Shown here piece after piece: positions 48,697 through 61,902 of a DNA stretch of 64,000 nt. The stretch is from assembly GCA_009103225.1 (NCBI GenBank), contig RHPI01002090.1, positions 1,730,854-1,794,853 of the forward strand, written 5' to 3'. Source of the stretch: Chlorokybus atmophyticus. Its lineage: Eukaryota > Plantae > Mesostigma and Chlorokybus algae. The notes beneath the pieces were generated by a model. The model saw only the letters and a program-made list of their open reading frames with translations, did no database searches and had not been told where the DNA came from. Every line of letters starts with the position of its first letter. Position 1 is the first letter of the stretch. Made by a program: the position numbers and the translations under genes.

Positions 48697-50736
48697 ATGA
48701 TGTCGAGCACGACACGGACGGTGCCACCGGCGCCGTCGCCGCCATCGCTGACGACAACACTGAACCAAAGGCCGTCTACCACAGTGATCACTTCAGTCCA
48801 CAAGTTCAGTGAACGTGTTGATCCAGGTGAGCATGCTGGCAAGCCCTAACCTGCCTGTGTGAGCATGACTTTGTCATCGTCATGGAGTCCGCGGCGGCGG
48901 CGGCGGCCGCGGTGGGGTCGGTGGGGTCTGCGGGGCTGGCATGGGGACGTGGAAGCCAAGAGGCTCCTTGCCATAGTGGGCGAGTAAGCTTTGCCGCCGC
49001 ATTGCTGCCCCTGCGCTGCTCCAGGGTGCGGTTGGGCTCGAGGCGAAAGCGGCGGACAGCGGCGCTTGCTGCTAGCGCCATGCTCATGACGTCCTGCATG
49101 ATGAGCCATGACGACCGACAGCTGTTCCTGGGTGCATTGCGAACCCCTGGAGCTGTCAACCGGAGAGGAAGGAAAAACGTGGGTTTGGTCAGTCGTCGTG
49201 GGTGCTTGTCCCAGTGCTTGCAATCAGAATAAACTCGTGTTCGATGCATGCATTACACAGAAGCTTATATACTCGCAGTAATTAGCAGCGTCATCAGAAG
49301 ATATGTTTAAATTATGTCGTGTGTATTGGGTTGTTGGCAGTGGGTAGGTGCAGCGTCATTGAAGTGCTGTGTTAAGCGTCCCGTCTGTACGGCGACTTGT
49401 GTACCTCTGGCCTGCATGCCAGCTATGACGAGTAGCATAGCTGGCACGCAGTGCAAATACCAACCTGAGTCGCGGTGTAGATATGACTCTGGGCCTGTCC
49501 CATAGTGAAACACCCAATGCACATTGTGTCAGGCGCGTAGCCAACCTTGGGCTTTGTGTTGAATGCAGACGAAGTCGGTCGCACCCTACTGTTGCAGCCA
49601 GTCAGGTTCCTCTAGTGGGGACTTGGGGGAAGCTCGCAGTCATGACGGTAACGCAGCTGACAGGGTGAGGGACGAGGCGTCAACTCCTGGTTGTGAGCCC
49701 GAAATAACCAGTGCGCCAGGGACAGCTGTGCACCCCAAACAACGTTTCTCATGGTGGCCAACCAGTTTCATGTCCTCTAAGGTGAGTTGTGCGTTGTGCA
49801 TACACAGTTTCAAGTCGTTGAAACATAACCGTGCATTGAATCAACTACCAACCACAGCATGATAGTTGGTGGCGAAGACTCTGCGGGTTTAAGCCAGGGG
49901 AGGAGCTGTGGTCTGTGCCCTGGACGCTTGGGACAGTTACCCAGGTACGTGGGTAGGTGCTACAGTCTCAGCTAGGCACCCTTGCACTTTGGATGTTGCG
50001 CTGTGGGTGTTGTTCAGCGTATCTATGTGAATAATCCAAATTCGACCTGACCTGGCAGGTCATGTTTCTATGGTTGATGGCCTTTTGGATGCTGGGGTCC
50101 TTCGTGATTCCCAGCGTTGCTCGACGGGTGGGGTTGGTTCCGGAGAGGCTAACATATCGCGGGCAAGCATGGTACCATCTGCTAACAGATGTGGTGGAGA
50201 TGGCCGCTGGGCTAGGCATCCTTTACCGCTGCTTAGCCCCGTTCCGACCCTTTCCTTCCGGGCAGTGGTTCCCGTTCAAGCTGCAGGGCCGTTGGTTTAT
50301 TGACGTTCTTGTCGCCTGCATGGCGTTCCCCATTGTCAACACATTGGCTTTCATCAACCAAGAACTCCTTCCCATTCCTGGCGGAGGCTTGTTGATGACG
50401 TCTCCACTGGAAGAGTCTCTGGGTGCCAAGGACCCCATTGCAAACTTGGTGTTCGTGGTTGTTGTCGCCTTCTGCGCTCCAGCGTGGGAAGAAATCATTT
50501 TCCGAGGGTTCCTGCTACCTTCTCTCACGCGGTATATACCGCTCGGGGCCGCATTGGCAGTCAGCGCTGGGGCATTCGCGATCGCGCACTTCAGCCTTCA
50601 GAGGCTGCTACCGCTGTGGTTTCTTGGCATGGTGATGGGCATTGTGTTCATGAGGACGCGCAATTTGCTTGCCTCCATGGTGTTGCACAGCCTCTGGAAC
50701 TGCTATGTGTTCTGGGAGCTTCTGAATGGGTATTAG
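48697..50736 (+). CDS. CPBP (CAAX/Abi) intramembrane metalloprotease, probably plastid
   Basis: S/T-rich first exon; WSVPWTLGTVTQ|VMFLW; catalytic motifs EEIIFRGFL, FAIAH, HSLWN. Confidence 0.9.
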
Positions 50737-51382
50737 ACTAGTACGCCACTAACCTCTGTACACTTCATTATTGCCCATTGGTCAGTGTCTGGCCTAGTGA
50801 AGCTGCTGGTGTTGCTACTGGCGTTGCCATTGGCATGGGCACCTGCGGTGATTGGCTTGCACTACTCTTATGTCGTGGTGTGCTTGATACATTACATATG
50901 TAAAGGTATTCTTAGAATATCGCGGCTCTGGTGTGCCCCACCCAGTCACAATGACTGACGAGTTGTGGGGTGAGCTGGTATGGGTGTACCAGGAAAGCAC
51001 AATAACTTCGCATGTTTGTTAACATCCCTCCGTGACAATGCTGAAACCCAGTGAATGCATGGACATAGCGCACATTACAGTGTGCATGCATCTCAAAGAC
51101 CATACCAAGACTGTACTGACGCCCAGCACGAGAAAAAGCACAAGCACAGTTCACAAGTAGACCACTCCCTTCCGCATTCACTGCACAACTGGGCAAGCAC
51201 ATGCTGTAGTGCACTACAGTAGTACAGCAATAGCAGGTGTGCTGACGGAGCAATGCCAGCACCTGAGAACCACATCTACAATGATGCATCAACTGCGCGT
51301 TGATCAACTCAACCAAACGTCCAACCCTACTCCCTGATGGTTGCAAGACACCTCTACATATTGCTGGCAAGCAACACTGCCA

Positions 51383-54265
51383 TCACCAGTTGCTGATTTG
51401 CATTGTGACTGTTTTCTCTCGTTGATGGTAGCCAGTATGCAACAAGAGTTTGGCTTGCTCGCTGCCGACACCGCCAAGCCAGTCCGCATACAACTTCTGA
51501 ACCATCGGATTGGTCTCAGGAGCCCGGATGGCAACCTGTAACGTTGCAATCACACATCCACACATGTAAGGCAGAGGTTAACTTACAAGAGCATAACCAT
51601 GGGCTCACATAGGTAAGTAGCTGAATGTACCTGATCAAGGTAAGTCTTTTCCAACCGGTCTATCAGCTGGCGACCTGTTTCGCCTTTGCGGGGTTTGATT
51701 TGCCCGCCACCATTGAGACAACCTGCACATAGGTTGCTTACCAATGCTCATGCACTGGTGAAGCGAGCGATGACAAGTGCTGTTATGCCACAATTCAGCA
51801 ATACCTGAGGGACATGCCATGATCTCCACAAAGTGATAGTCACTTCTGGATGTCTTGAGCTTTCGAACAAGGTTCTGTATGTTTCGAAAGCCATAAGCCA
51901 GAGCAAAGCGAAGAAGAACTTGCCCGTTTTCCTGAGACACCAAAGCCATTTCAACGCCATGGAGTGTCATAGGCAAATGGCCTTAATCCACAGCATCCAG
52001 TGCGTGCATGCACTTGATGCAACATGAGTTGTTCATCAAAGCTTTTTGTAACGCCAAAGAGACTTGCCTCAAGCACAACTTCCTGGAAGTCGACATTTCT
52101 GATAACCCTCATTGGCAGCGGGCCGGCTATCTGCTTCCCAAAGAGGTGTTGTGCTGCATACCGGAAAACAACCTCCAGGTAGCCTCCTGACCCGCCAGGA
52201 ACGCCAAACAGCTGCCCGCTCTCATCTACATTTGAGAACCTGTGCACAATACGGACATGTAAACTGGCAGGTTGTTGAGCGGAGAAAGCGCTTGCGCGCC
52301 GAGCTCAAGCCTCAGCGAGATCGGACTTGCATGGTGTCAAGTGGCGATTCCTCATATTCAGCAAGATCAACTCCTCTGCTCTGTACACAACCATACTCAG
52401 CACACAGCCACGATGCGACCCAGGAAACGCGAGATACCAGCACACATTAGTCCAAAGTTCAGCACACACAGCGCGCACAGGCAATGTAGGGTGTGTACCT
52501 CAAGCAATTCCAGTATCTCGCCTGATGTCAGCACACAGTCGACTTCTGGAACTTCATGTGCATCATCGCTACCAGGCAGAAGGAAATCGTCTCTGGAGGC
52601 CTCCAGCTTCTTGTCGTAGCAAGGCATTACCGCCACGTGATACACATTCCCGGGCCTACAAGGACATAGCACTAGTATTGAGCAAACAAGTGAAGGCCAA
52701 TGTCATGTCAGCATTGGGTGAAAAAGGCAACAAACCTGAGGCCCAGCTGTTGCGACGCATATCCCTTGATGACTGTGCCCATGACTTGTTGCGGGCTCTT
52801 GGTGGTGCTGATGTATGGCAATATGTACTGACCATGAGTCTTTTCGGCATAGCAGATCCAACCTGCACGCAACAAAGCAAGCTCAAGACAATGAAACAAT
52901 TGCACTGGAGATGCAAGTTGCACTGCATCATTGTCGCATGCAGCGAAGTGAGCGTTCTACTGGTGTGTTGTGGCACATCAACAAGTTCTACCTGGGCACG
53001 CAGAAGTCAACATTGGAAGGCGTCCAGAGGTACTGGCCTCCTGACTCTGCTTGTACCGCTCCACAAACTCTGCACAACTCTCCAGCAATGATACATCACG
53101 GCTGCAGCTTGTATCATACACTGCCCTAACACCCAAGGACTTCAGAAACTCTGTCAGCCTCTTGAAAGCCTGTGCCATCGAATTTCAGCCGGCAATAGTA
53201 TCACACCTACAGAGCATGTTTATGTTGGCAAGTGCCTACCTTGTCGTACCTGCAAAGGGGTGATAGAAAAGTACGTGGCAAGGGACGCCCTTGACTGCGG
53301 GGACAAAGACACCACGACTTGGCGATCGCCTTTTGCCAACTGCTCAAGAAACTCGCCCGTGCTCTGCTGCTCCAGCATAACAGTCTCTGCTGACGTGATG
53401 CATCCACTGCCACATCACATCAGCGTCATGGCCTATACGTAAACTTCCTTCAAGCTATACTTCAACGTGTGTGGATGCCATTGGAACCTTTCAATACCCA
53501 AGATTACATCATACCTGCAGGCGAGACAGTCGTGCAGCGAGACCTTCACTGGTTGGTCTGGGGGTGCGGCCTTTGTTTGGGAGAATGTCTTTGCGTGTAT
53601 GTGCACCAAACCCTGCGACCAATGTCGGTTTAGCACTCATCCACAAACGCCAGCCATGAACTCATGGTTCTAGCAGGCCCGACGCGTTTTGTTGACAAGA
53701 TCAGATTTTACATAATATGACGCAGCGACAATGCAGGCAGCGCCATCAAGTGCACGTGCTCAAGCTAGGTGGTATCTGCACTCCAGCTTGTTTTATGACT
53801 GACACGTGATGCAACTTACAATAGCAGATGCACTCATGTTCCCTGTTTATCCTAAACCCCAATCAGGAACGAACGACAACCCTACGCTAGAGTGCTAGAG
53901 GCCATGCAACCAGCCTCAAGTGTGCTCAGCACACATGCATGTGCATGCAAGCTTCAATACATAAATTTACCGCACCACGAGTTGCTGAGTTGAGCTAGCT
54001 GTCTGGCAAGCTAACGAAAGCGATCAAATCAAGTACCGCGTCTGTGTGCACTTACAGCTACAGACGTAATCAATGACAAACAGACGGAAAAACTTGCATG
54101 CAATACCTGCTGACGTTGCGACGCTCTGTCGTCAAAACCCAAGTCGTCCTCTGACTGCAGCTTCGCCTTCTTGTTGCCGCCCAACGACACGACGCACGCC
54201 TGGGATGGCGCGATGAAGTCGTTCAGGTCCGCGACCCGGACAGCGCTGGAAAAGCGCTCCGCCAT
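51383..54265 (-). CDS. NAR1: Cytosolic Fe-S assembly factor NAR1/NARFL (hydrogenase-like)
   Basis: [35 protein letters not shown]|[53 protein letters not shown]-stop. Confidence 0.95.
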
Positions 54266-54655
54266 GCTGCCTGCTATCCCCTCCCACCAAATCCTGGAAC
54301 TCTGAGCAAAATCCCTTGCGCCGCTGCTTCTCACAACTACTACTTCTCACGCCTGCCGCGCTCACCTTGCCACAGTCAATCCCAGCAACAGCCTGTGCAG
54401 GACAGTAACAATCCTTGCACAGCGCTTGTTTGTCGGAGCGAGCTCTCAGCTCTAACCCTTCAAGGTTCAAACTTTTAGGGCTTAGAGCTTGGCCTGGCCT
54501 AGCAAGCGGCTTCTAAGAAAGCAGCCAGCAACTTTCCAGACACCTGCGTTGCGCCCCCGACTTGTTAGGCGCAGACGAGTCCCAACACCCGTCACTCTTG
54601 CAAAGCACTTGCTGCACACCACCAGCGACCAGGACCAACTGCTAACGGCGCCCAC

Positions 54656-54687
<32 letters not shown>

Positions 54688-55293
54688 TACGGGACGACGC
54701 GCTGACCAACTCGAAGCGCCTGGGCAGAGTGAACTCCATTGATTTGAGTCCGAATTGAGTAGCTTCAAAGCAGCCGCAACACAATCATTGCTTTGCTAGT
54801 TGTGCTTTTTCGCCTTTTTGGGCATTGTTTGTGCATTTGTAAATCACAGTGTACCTTACACAATCCTGGCATAGTGATTGGGCTTGAACCCAAGCACGCA
54901 TGCGAGGTGATTGAGGTGGACCATGGCGCATTCTGGTGCCGGCGTGTTGAAGTGATTTGGCCTGCTGCTGCGTGTGAGCCAGCTTGCCATGCATGCCGAT
55001 CGACTAGATCGGTGGATTAAGCAGTAGTGTGTGACACGACATTGTGGTTGTAGAAGCATGCGAGAGACAGCGGTTGCTTTGTGTTTGTTAGTTCTCCACC
55101 GTCTGTCTCTCTCTCGCTCCATTAAGCTCCTCGCTTGCTGGTGCGCTGCCAAACAGCAGACGAGCTGGGGTAGAGGCGCGTGCATTGCCGCTGAGTAGCC
55201 TTAAGCCGGTAAAGACATTCCCTTGGTTGCCTGCCTATTCGCTTGGTTGAGCCTAGGAAGGCGGGGTAGAGCCAGGCAGGCAGTAGTGTGGTG

Positions 55294-57455
55294 ATGATTC
55301 GCTACGGCAAGGAGTGGTGGGGCATCAAGCTCCTGTTTCGAGTACAGTAAGTGGTTTTGGCTCAGTGACAGCATGCGTTGCACGCACTCAACGCCCAAGC
55401 ATGTTGAGTCTGACTAGCGTAGTGGGCCGAAAAGCACACAAGACAACGACTACTTGAGTTGCAATGTATGTCACTAGTTTGTGTACTGTGAAGTTGACCA
55501 GCGGGCCTCTTGTCTTGCACGCGCAGTGGCTCACCGTTCCCGCGAGCGCTGCCATTCGCTTTGCTCAGCACCTGCGTGTCCGTAGCGCTGGCGCTGCCGT
55601 TGCGGCCATACTTTGAGGGTGTAATGCGGCACCCATACCCATGTACGCAAGTGTACCCATCACTCATTGTGGTCTCACATAGCGCTGTAATGCACTTTCT
55701 GGCATGTGTTGTTTTGTGAACAGCTGTACACATGTTTGCAGACTCGGTGTTTGCTTTCGTGCTCGGCTTCATTCTAGTGTTCAGAGGCAATTTTGGGTAC
55801 CAGCGCTACTGGGAAGCCAGGACAATGCTGCAGCAAATGTCGTAAGCGCAACGCATTTTGCTGCAAATTGTGCGCATGCACACCAACCAGCAGTGCTTAT
55901 GCACATGCCAACATGTGTCAGTCACTTGACCAGAAGTTTTTCTGCAGTGCAAAATGGGGCGATGCCGCAATGCAGGTGCGTGGGTGGGATAGCATGTGTG
56001 TCACTTGATAATAGATTGGTGACAAACGACGTCATCAACCATGATGTAATGTTATGAAATGCAGACCCTATTGTTCGATGAACTGTCTCAAGGCGCCGCA
56101 GAGGAGACAGGACCGGAGTTCCGGCGCAGTTTTGTACATGCCGTTAGCTTGATGCATTGCCTTGCAGTGCAGGTAAGCATCTGAGCTTGCGAGCGCAATT
56201 GTTGCCAACTTGGACTGAGACTCAACATGCAGTACTTGCGACAAGACCACAACATGGGACATATCATACCAGGCATGACACGCGTTCCACTGATTGTAAC
56301 TAATCGCACCTCGGCTTGTCATTAGAACAGTGCATTGGTAATTGACCAATGACAGCTCCTGTGTGGCAGTCACCAGCATGAGTGTAAGGATGCCGCCCCC
56401 TGTTGATCCAGGTGAGCAATGCTGCACAGTGTTAAACAGTGTGAAGCACATATTGATATTGAGAAATACAGAGGCAGAATCATTGCCCATCCAGGTTCTA
56501 TCGATGACTGGCGAACGCATCGACCAACTAGGTGCCTGTCCACTGACAATTAAAAGCTTGTCTCCTGAACTTGTCAATCAACTCTTCGTCTCTCTACAGG
56601 AGCTACTTCATGCTGCGCGCAAGCCCCGCTTACACTGACCTGTACTTTCGGCGTCAACCTCTCACTGTGATTGGCGGCATACTGGGGTCCGAATCAGCTG
56701 AGCTGCAGCATGCAGACGATAGAGTGTTTGTGGCCATGACGTGGGTGCTGCGAATGTTTGGCACACGGCGCAAGTCGGGAGGCATTGCTGTTGAAGCCCC
56801 CATCGCCACGCGGGTCTACCAAATTCTCTCAGGTTCTGCTGCATGTTGTGGAATCCGAAGATGTAATGCACTTTTTATTTGTGTCATATCATGACATTGC
56901 CGTGCTGTGCTTTAGATGGTATGATGTACTACATGAACGCACGGAAGATTGTCGACACGCCTTTTCCGTTCCCTTACGCACAAGCTATCTTTGCCCTGTT
57001 GGTGATATTCGTCTTCACAATGCCCATATTGATGGTGGCTTGGATCCCATCCCTCTGGTTGTGCATCTTTTTCACGTTCCTCACAGCGCTGGCTTACCTG
57101 TCGTTTGCAGAGGTACCAACATGAACAATAGTCTTTCTTTGCAGTATCAACACCTGCTCATACACAATGCCATGGATGTTGATGACAATCCGTTGTGCAG
57201 ATGGCACGCGAGATCGAGGACCCTTTTCAATTTGAACCCAATGACCTTCCGGTGGCAAGGCTGCACCATGAGTTCAACATGCGTCTAATATCCATGGTGC
57301 CGGAGCTGTTGGAGGAGCTGAGAAAGGCGGACGCGCCGTATGCGCCAGCCGCGGGAAGCTTTGCCACGAAGCGGGCACGCATGGTGGGTATTGCTGAAGC
57401 CGAGCTGCAGACGGTCGATAACAACGCCCATTTCTTCAGCATTGGCAGCAAGTAG
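55294..57455 (+). CDS. Bestrophin-like anion channel (RFP-TM / Bestrophin_2 type)
   Basis: MIRYGKEWWGIKLLFRV|HGSPFPRAL, LGFILVFRGNFGYQRYWEAR, KIVDTPFPFPYAQ, EIEDPFQFEPNDLP. Confidence 0.9.
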
Positions 57456-57856
57456 ATTTACGCAGTCCATCACTTGTCGTCTACTCTTAGTGTCTTGCCA
57501 TTGCTGTCATGCATTCTGCATGACCTAGCGTGATCAATCTGGACAGGCTCACAGTTGGGTTCGCTGGCTGCATGTTGGTTGCTGTATTACGTGTGGCTCG
57601 CTGCATTGTATTTAAACCCCAAGCATGCAACGAGCTGCCTATCGACACAACAGCTGCGTACATGTACAAACAACGCAGACGGCATATGTAGTTGTCGAAC
57701 TACATCCACGCAAGAGTTATTGTGCTGAGTTGCACACAGGCTCTGCCGGTTGTTGCGGACAGCGTCTGTCTAGCTAACGTCAGCTACCGTCACTGGTTTG
57801 TAACCTGCTAATATTGTAACCCAGGGATGTGTACAATTGGGTTCAATCGTCTGCCA

Positions 57857-59255
57857 TCAAGCACTGCTGGAGAGTGGTTGAATGTTGTGGTTGAGTTTGA
57901 AGAAGTTGTCCGGGTCCCAACGCGTTTTCAGCTCGCGCAGACGAGCCAAGTTCTCTTCACCTCCAACCTGGGGGCCACCGGCTCCAGTCAATTGAGCAAG
58001 CAGCAAGAGAGTTACACATCACCCAGTTGTGTGCATAGCTAGGTGGTCGTTCCCTTCACCTGGTTGGGGGCAGCGTACTTGTCCACTGTCATGTTGATGT
58101 ACTCCGCCGGCTCGGAGTATTCTGCCAGCTGGTCTGCTACGCCGTTGACGAATGACATCACCTCCTCATCGTCTTGCTTGTCTACCCAGCACCACATCCC
58201 GTACCTGCGCGTGTAAGGACGGGAGGACTTGGCAGGATTGCATGAGCCAAGATGAGGAGTTGGACTGAATCACCTTGATTTCTCTCACCATGACCACTTG
58301 AGCTTGTCGTTGGCAATAGGCCAGACAGCCTTCCTGTCCAAGCCTGCCAACCACGCAAAGCACACGCACAAGCGCCTATCAACCACTTGACAATTGACGC
58401 GAGCAAAAGCAGCAAGAGGAGCGAGCTCTCTATCAAGCCAGCATGAACACACACGCGCGCAGACATCTTGCATTGACCAATACAAAAACTCCACCTGCTC
58501 CACCCTGGAGGTCAAACACCCACATGCTCAGCTTGTTTGACGCCTCCGGCTCTTGCAACATCAGCTGGTAGTACTTCTCCAGAAACTCATCTGTGGGCTC
58601 AATCAGCTTCCTGTGATGCAACACCAAATCATCAACCACCACCTTCATGCCAACATCACTACCAATACGCGTGCGTATGTCTCTGTTCACGCGCCTGTTC
58701 TTCCAGTACTGGCGATTGGGCGGCGCCGCAAGCAGCATAGGCGTGAGTGCGTCCTGAGTCTGCGCATATGTCAAGGACCCGACGGTGTTGACGACCGCGA
58801 TGTCTGCCAGCTCGCGCAACCTCGCGGCCTTGTCCTCACGAGACTTGTCGCTGAAGTCATGGATAAACGACGCACATATCGGGCCCTTATCAGGAGAGCA
58901 ACCCTTGAACAGAACCTGGCAGTAGTCCGGGTCCTTCTGGCCCACGTCGCGCATGAACTTGGCCACCTGGACACTTGAGAACTTGAGCTCAAAGTAAGCA
59001 ACACCCAGCACTGACTGTGCAAGTGGACTCTGTAAATAAATCAGCAGTGGCTGATTGCTTACTTGCACAAATTTGTCGAAGGGGAAAATCATTAGGCCCC
59101 CGTAGAACGATGCAGTGTCGTGTAGGCGAAGCGTAACGCTTGTGACAACGCCGAAGTTGCTTGCGCAACCATGGCAGCCCCAGTATAAGTCTTTCTCGTG
59201 CGCTTCGTCGCATTGCACCACCTCACCTGAACACCCATGCGCGCACACACACACA

Positions 59256-59290
<35 letters not shown>

Positions 59291-60021
59291 GCACGCACGC
59301 AATAGTAAGTATCAACTACTTGAGAAGAATGTCGTCGGTGATTTGTCAGAGGCAGAACTGCCAATGCCTGAGGCAGTGACGAGCGTGTAGGACACGATGT
59401 GGTCCGCAGTGACACCGTACTTGCGCGCTGCAACGCCAAAGCCGCCGCCGAGCACGAGGCCCATGCCCGTGATGCTCGCATGCCCACACGGCACCTGACA
59501 GAAATAGAGAAGGCACCAGTTACCGACTGTCAGCTGGTGCTTGCGCCACCCACAAGCATTCAACCTTGTGGACACTCACCATGAGATTGTACATGCCCGT
59601 CTCTTGATCAATGTCACCCAGGGTGGCTCCACCCTGCACGACAGCGGTCTCCGTGACCGCATCCACAACAACACCTGTGCACACAGTCATTGCATTAACA
59701 CAAAATACATGCTAGCTTCACTCGCATGCACTGTTATCAACACCACCTCTCATGTGCTGGGACAGGTCCAGGGTCATGCCACCGTCGGCCAGGGCGTCCC
59801 CCTTGGGCCCGTGCCCGCCGGACTTCACTGCGAATGGCAGCCCGTGTGCCTGGGCGTACTTTACCGCCTTGACCACATCGCTGACACCCCGCGGCTGGCG
59901 CAAGGATAGTGTTTTATTCTTGTGTTCATTGTTGACAAACAAACCAGAGCGGAAAGCATTTGCAAGAGATTGACATGGGGCGAGAGTGTTGTACTCTTGT
60001 GTGTGTGATGGTAGGACAAGC

Positions 60022-60075
<54 letters not shown>

Positions 60076-61059
60076 NNNNNNNNNNNNNNNNNNNNNNNNN
60101 NNNNNNNNNNNNNNNNNNNNNNNNNNNNNNNNNNNNNNNNNNNNNNNNNNNNNNNNNNNNNNNNNNNNNNNNNNNNNNNNNNNNNNNNNNNNNNNNNNNN
60201 NNNNNNNNNNNNNNNNNNNNNNNNNNNNNNNNNNNNNNNNNNNNNNNNNNNNNNNNNNNNNNNNNNNNNNNNNNNNNNNNNNNNNNNNNNNNNNNNNNNN
60301 NNNNNNNNNNNNNNNNNNNNNNNNNNNNNNNNNNNNNNNNNNNNNNNNNNNNNNNNNNNNNNNNNNNNNNNNNNNNNNNNNNNNNNNNNNNNNNNNNNNN
60401 NNNNNNNNNNNNNNNNNNNNNNNNNNNNNNNNNNNNNNNNNNNNNNNNNNNNNNNNNNNNNNNNNNNNNNNNNNNNNNNNNNNNNNNNNNNNNNNNNNNN
60501 NNNNNNNNNNNNNNNNNNNNNNNNNNNNNNNNNNNNNNNNNNNNNNNNNNNNNNNNNNNNNNNNNNNNNNNNNNNNNNNNNNNNNNNNNNNNNNNNNNNN
60601 NNNNNNNNNNNNNNNNNNNNNNNNNNNNNNNNNNNNNNNNNNNNNNNNNNNNGGGGGGGGCCAGCCGAACGTCGTCTGCGTGACTTGTGTGTCTCACCTG
60701 AACGACAATGGCTGGGCGGCGGTGCTGGTACATCTGGTTGAATATGCGAATTGCCTGCGGGGTAAGTGTAGGCTTGAGGCTACCGCAGCATTGAGGCAGC
60801 ATGCACAACTACAAGTTTTTCGTTACTACTACTGACTGACTCTGACGTCGACCTCAGCATCACTTCAAGTAGCAACAGTGATAAGTTTATCGCAAGTTCA
60901 TAGCGCGCCCCTCTAAGCTCAGAGCCAGCATTGTGTGTTACTCCATGGTGGTGCTTACCCTACCTTGTCGTAAGGCTCGCCGTCAGCGGGCGTGTAGACG
61001 TTGCCTCGGATGGTTGCCCGGAAGTCCTGCAGCCCATGCCCATCGCCGTTATCTGCCAT
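57857..61059 (-). CDS. FAD-linked oxidase, BBE/VAO family (FAD_binding_4 + BBE)
   Basis: MADNGDG..VYTPADGEPYDK|AIRIFN..RPAIVVQ|PRGVSDV..VKSGGHG, VQGGATLGD, GGGFGVAARKYG..DHIVS, DLYWGCHG.ASNFGVVT, NLARLRELKTRWDPDNFFKLNHNI. Confidence 0.92.
59244..59300. repeat. (CA)n microsatellite in an intron
   Basis: Direct reading. Confidence 0.95.
60025..60075. repeat. (GA)n microsatellite running into an assembly gap
   Basis: Direct reading; N run follows. Confidence 0.95.
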
Positions 61060-61902
61060 AGCTGCAGCACACGACTGTCACAGCCCCTCGTCTGTGCCAC
61101 CCACAGCTCTGTCAACCGCCTCCTTCTCCTCCCCCGCCTGCTGCTGCATGTCCTTGCTCCCCTGTCCTTCCTGCCTTGGTTTGTGTCCGGGCTTAGTCAC
61201 AGCAGCAGCACACAGGACACAGGAGCGCTGACAGGCGTACGGTGACGTGACCACTGACCTGTTTTAATATCGGAACTTTCTATAGGTATGCTACTGCACT
61301 GACAACTCCCTCTTGTTCACGGAATGCCGCTCGAGTATCCGTGGTAATACCGTATTCACTCGAACACAGCGCCCCCCCGTATACTATAAAAAAAAATTAT
61401 ATATATGTATATACAGCCCGCTGCCAAATTTCGGGGCACTGTGTTTGACCTTACAATGCCCCTTAGGCCGGTAGGCGGGGTACTGCGGTTTTTAATTTAC
61501 TCGCTCGGGGCGGGGGGGGGGGTCGAGTGAAATAGTGGGTCGGGGGCCCCCCGAAATACGGTCTTCGGGGGGTGTACGGTGTATCTGACGCCTATGGTCG
61601 GGGTGCAATAGCGACAGATGCATTTCTCACGAGGTCCGACCGGTACAAGTCACAAAATTCCGCTACATGTATCGTGGGCATTACTCGTCGGCTTCAACTA
61701 TTGGCCGGCGAGTTTTTCGTTTAACAAATTAATAAGTAAGTGATTAATACGTATAGTTTAAGTTAGGGTTTGCCTCTGTTGCTTGACACACACGTGTCAA
61801 GCAACAGAGCAGTTGAGGCCGTCACCTCAGCGGCGGCATTGTTGGCGACGCTGCTGGCGACGGCGAAAATTCGGCGAAAGTTTGGGGAGAGGAGAGAGAG
61901 AG

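Noticed and set aside
51383-54265. [FeFe]-hydrogenase call
   Set aside because: N-terminal [12 protein letters not shown] and C-terminal LHT.YH..W identify NAR1
54489-54758. Pro-rich ORF as the bestrophin N-terminus
   Set aside because: Non-ATG start; a convincing start (MIRYGKEWWG) at 55294 splices in frame, so this is likely 5' UTR
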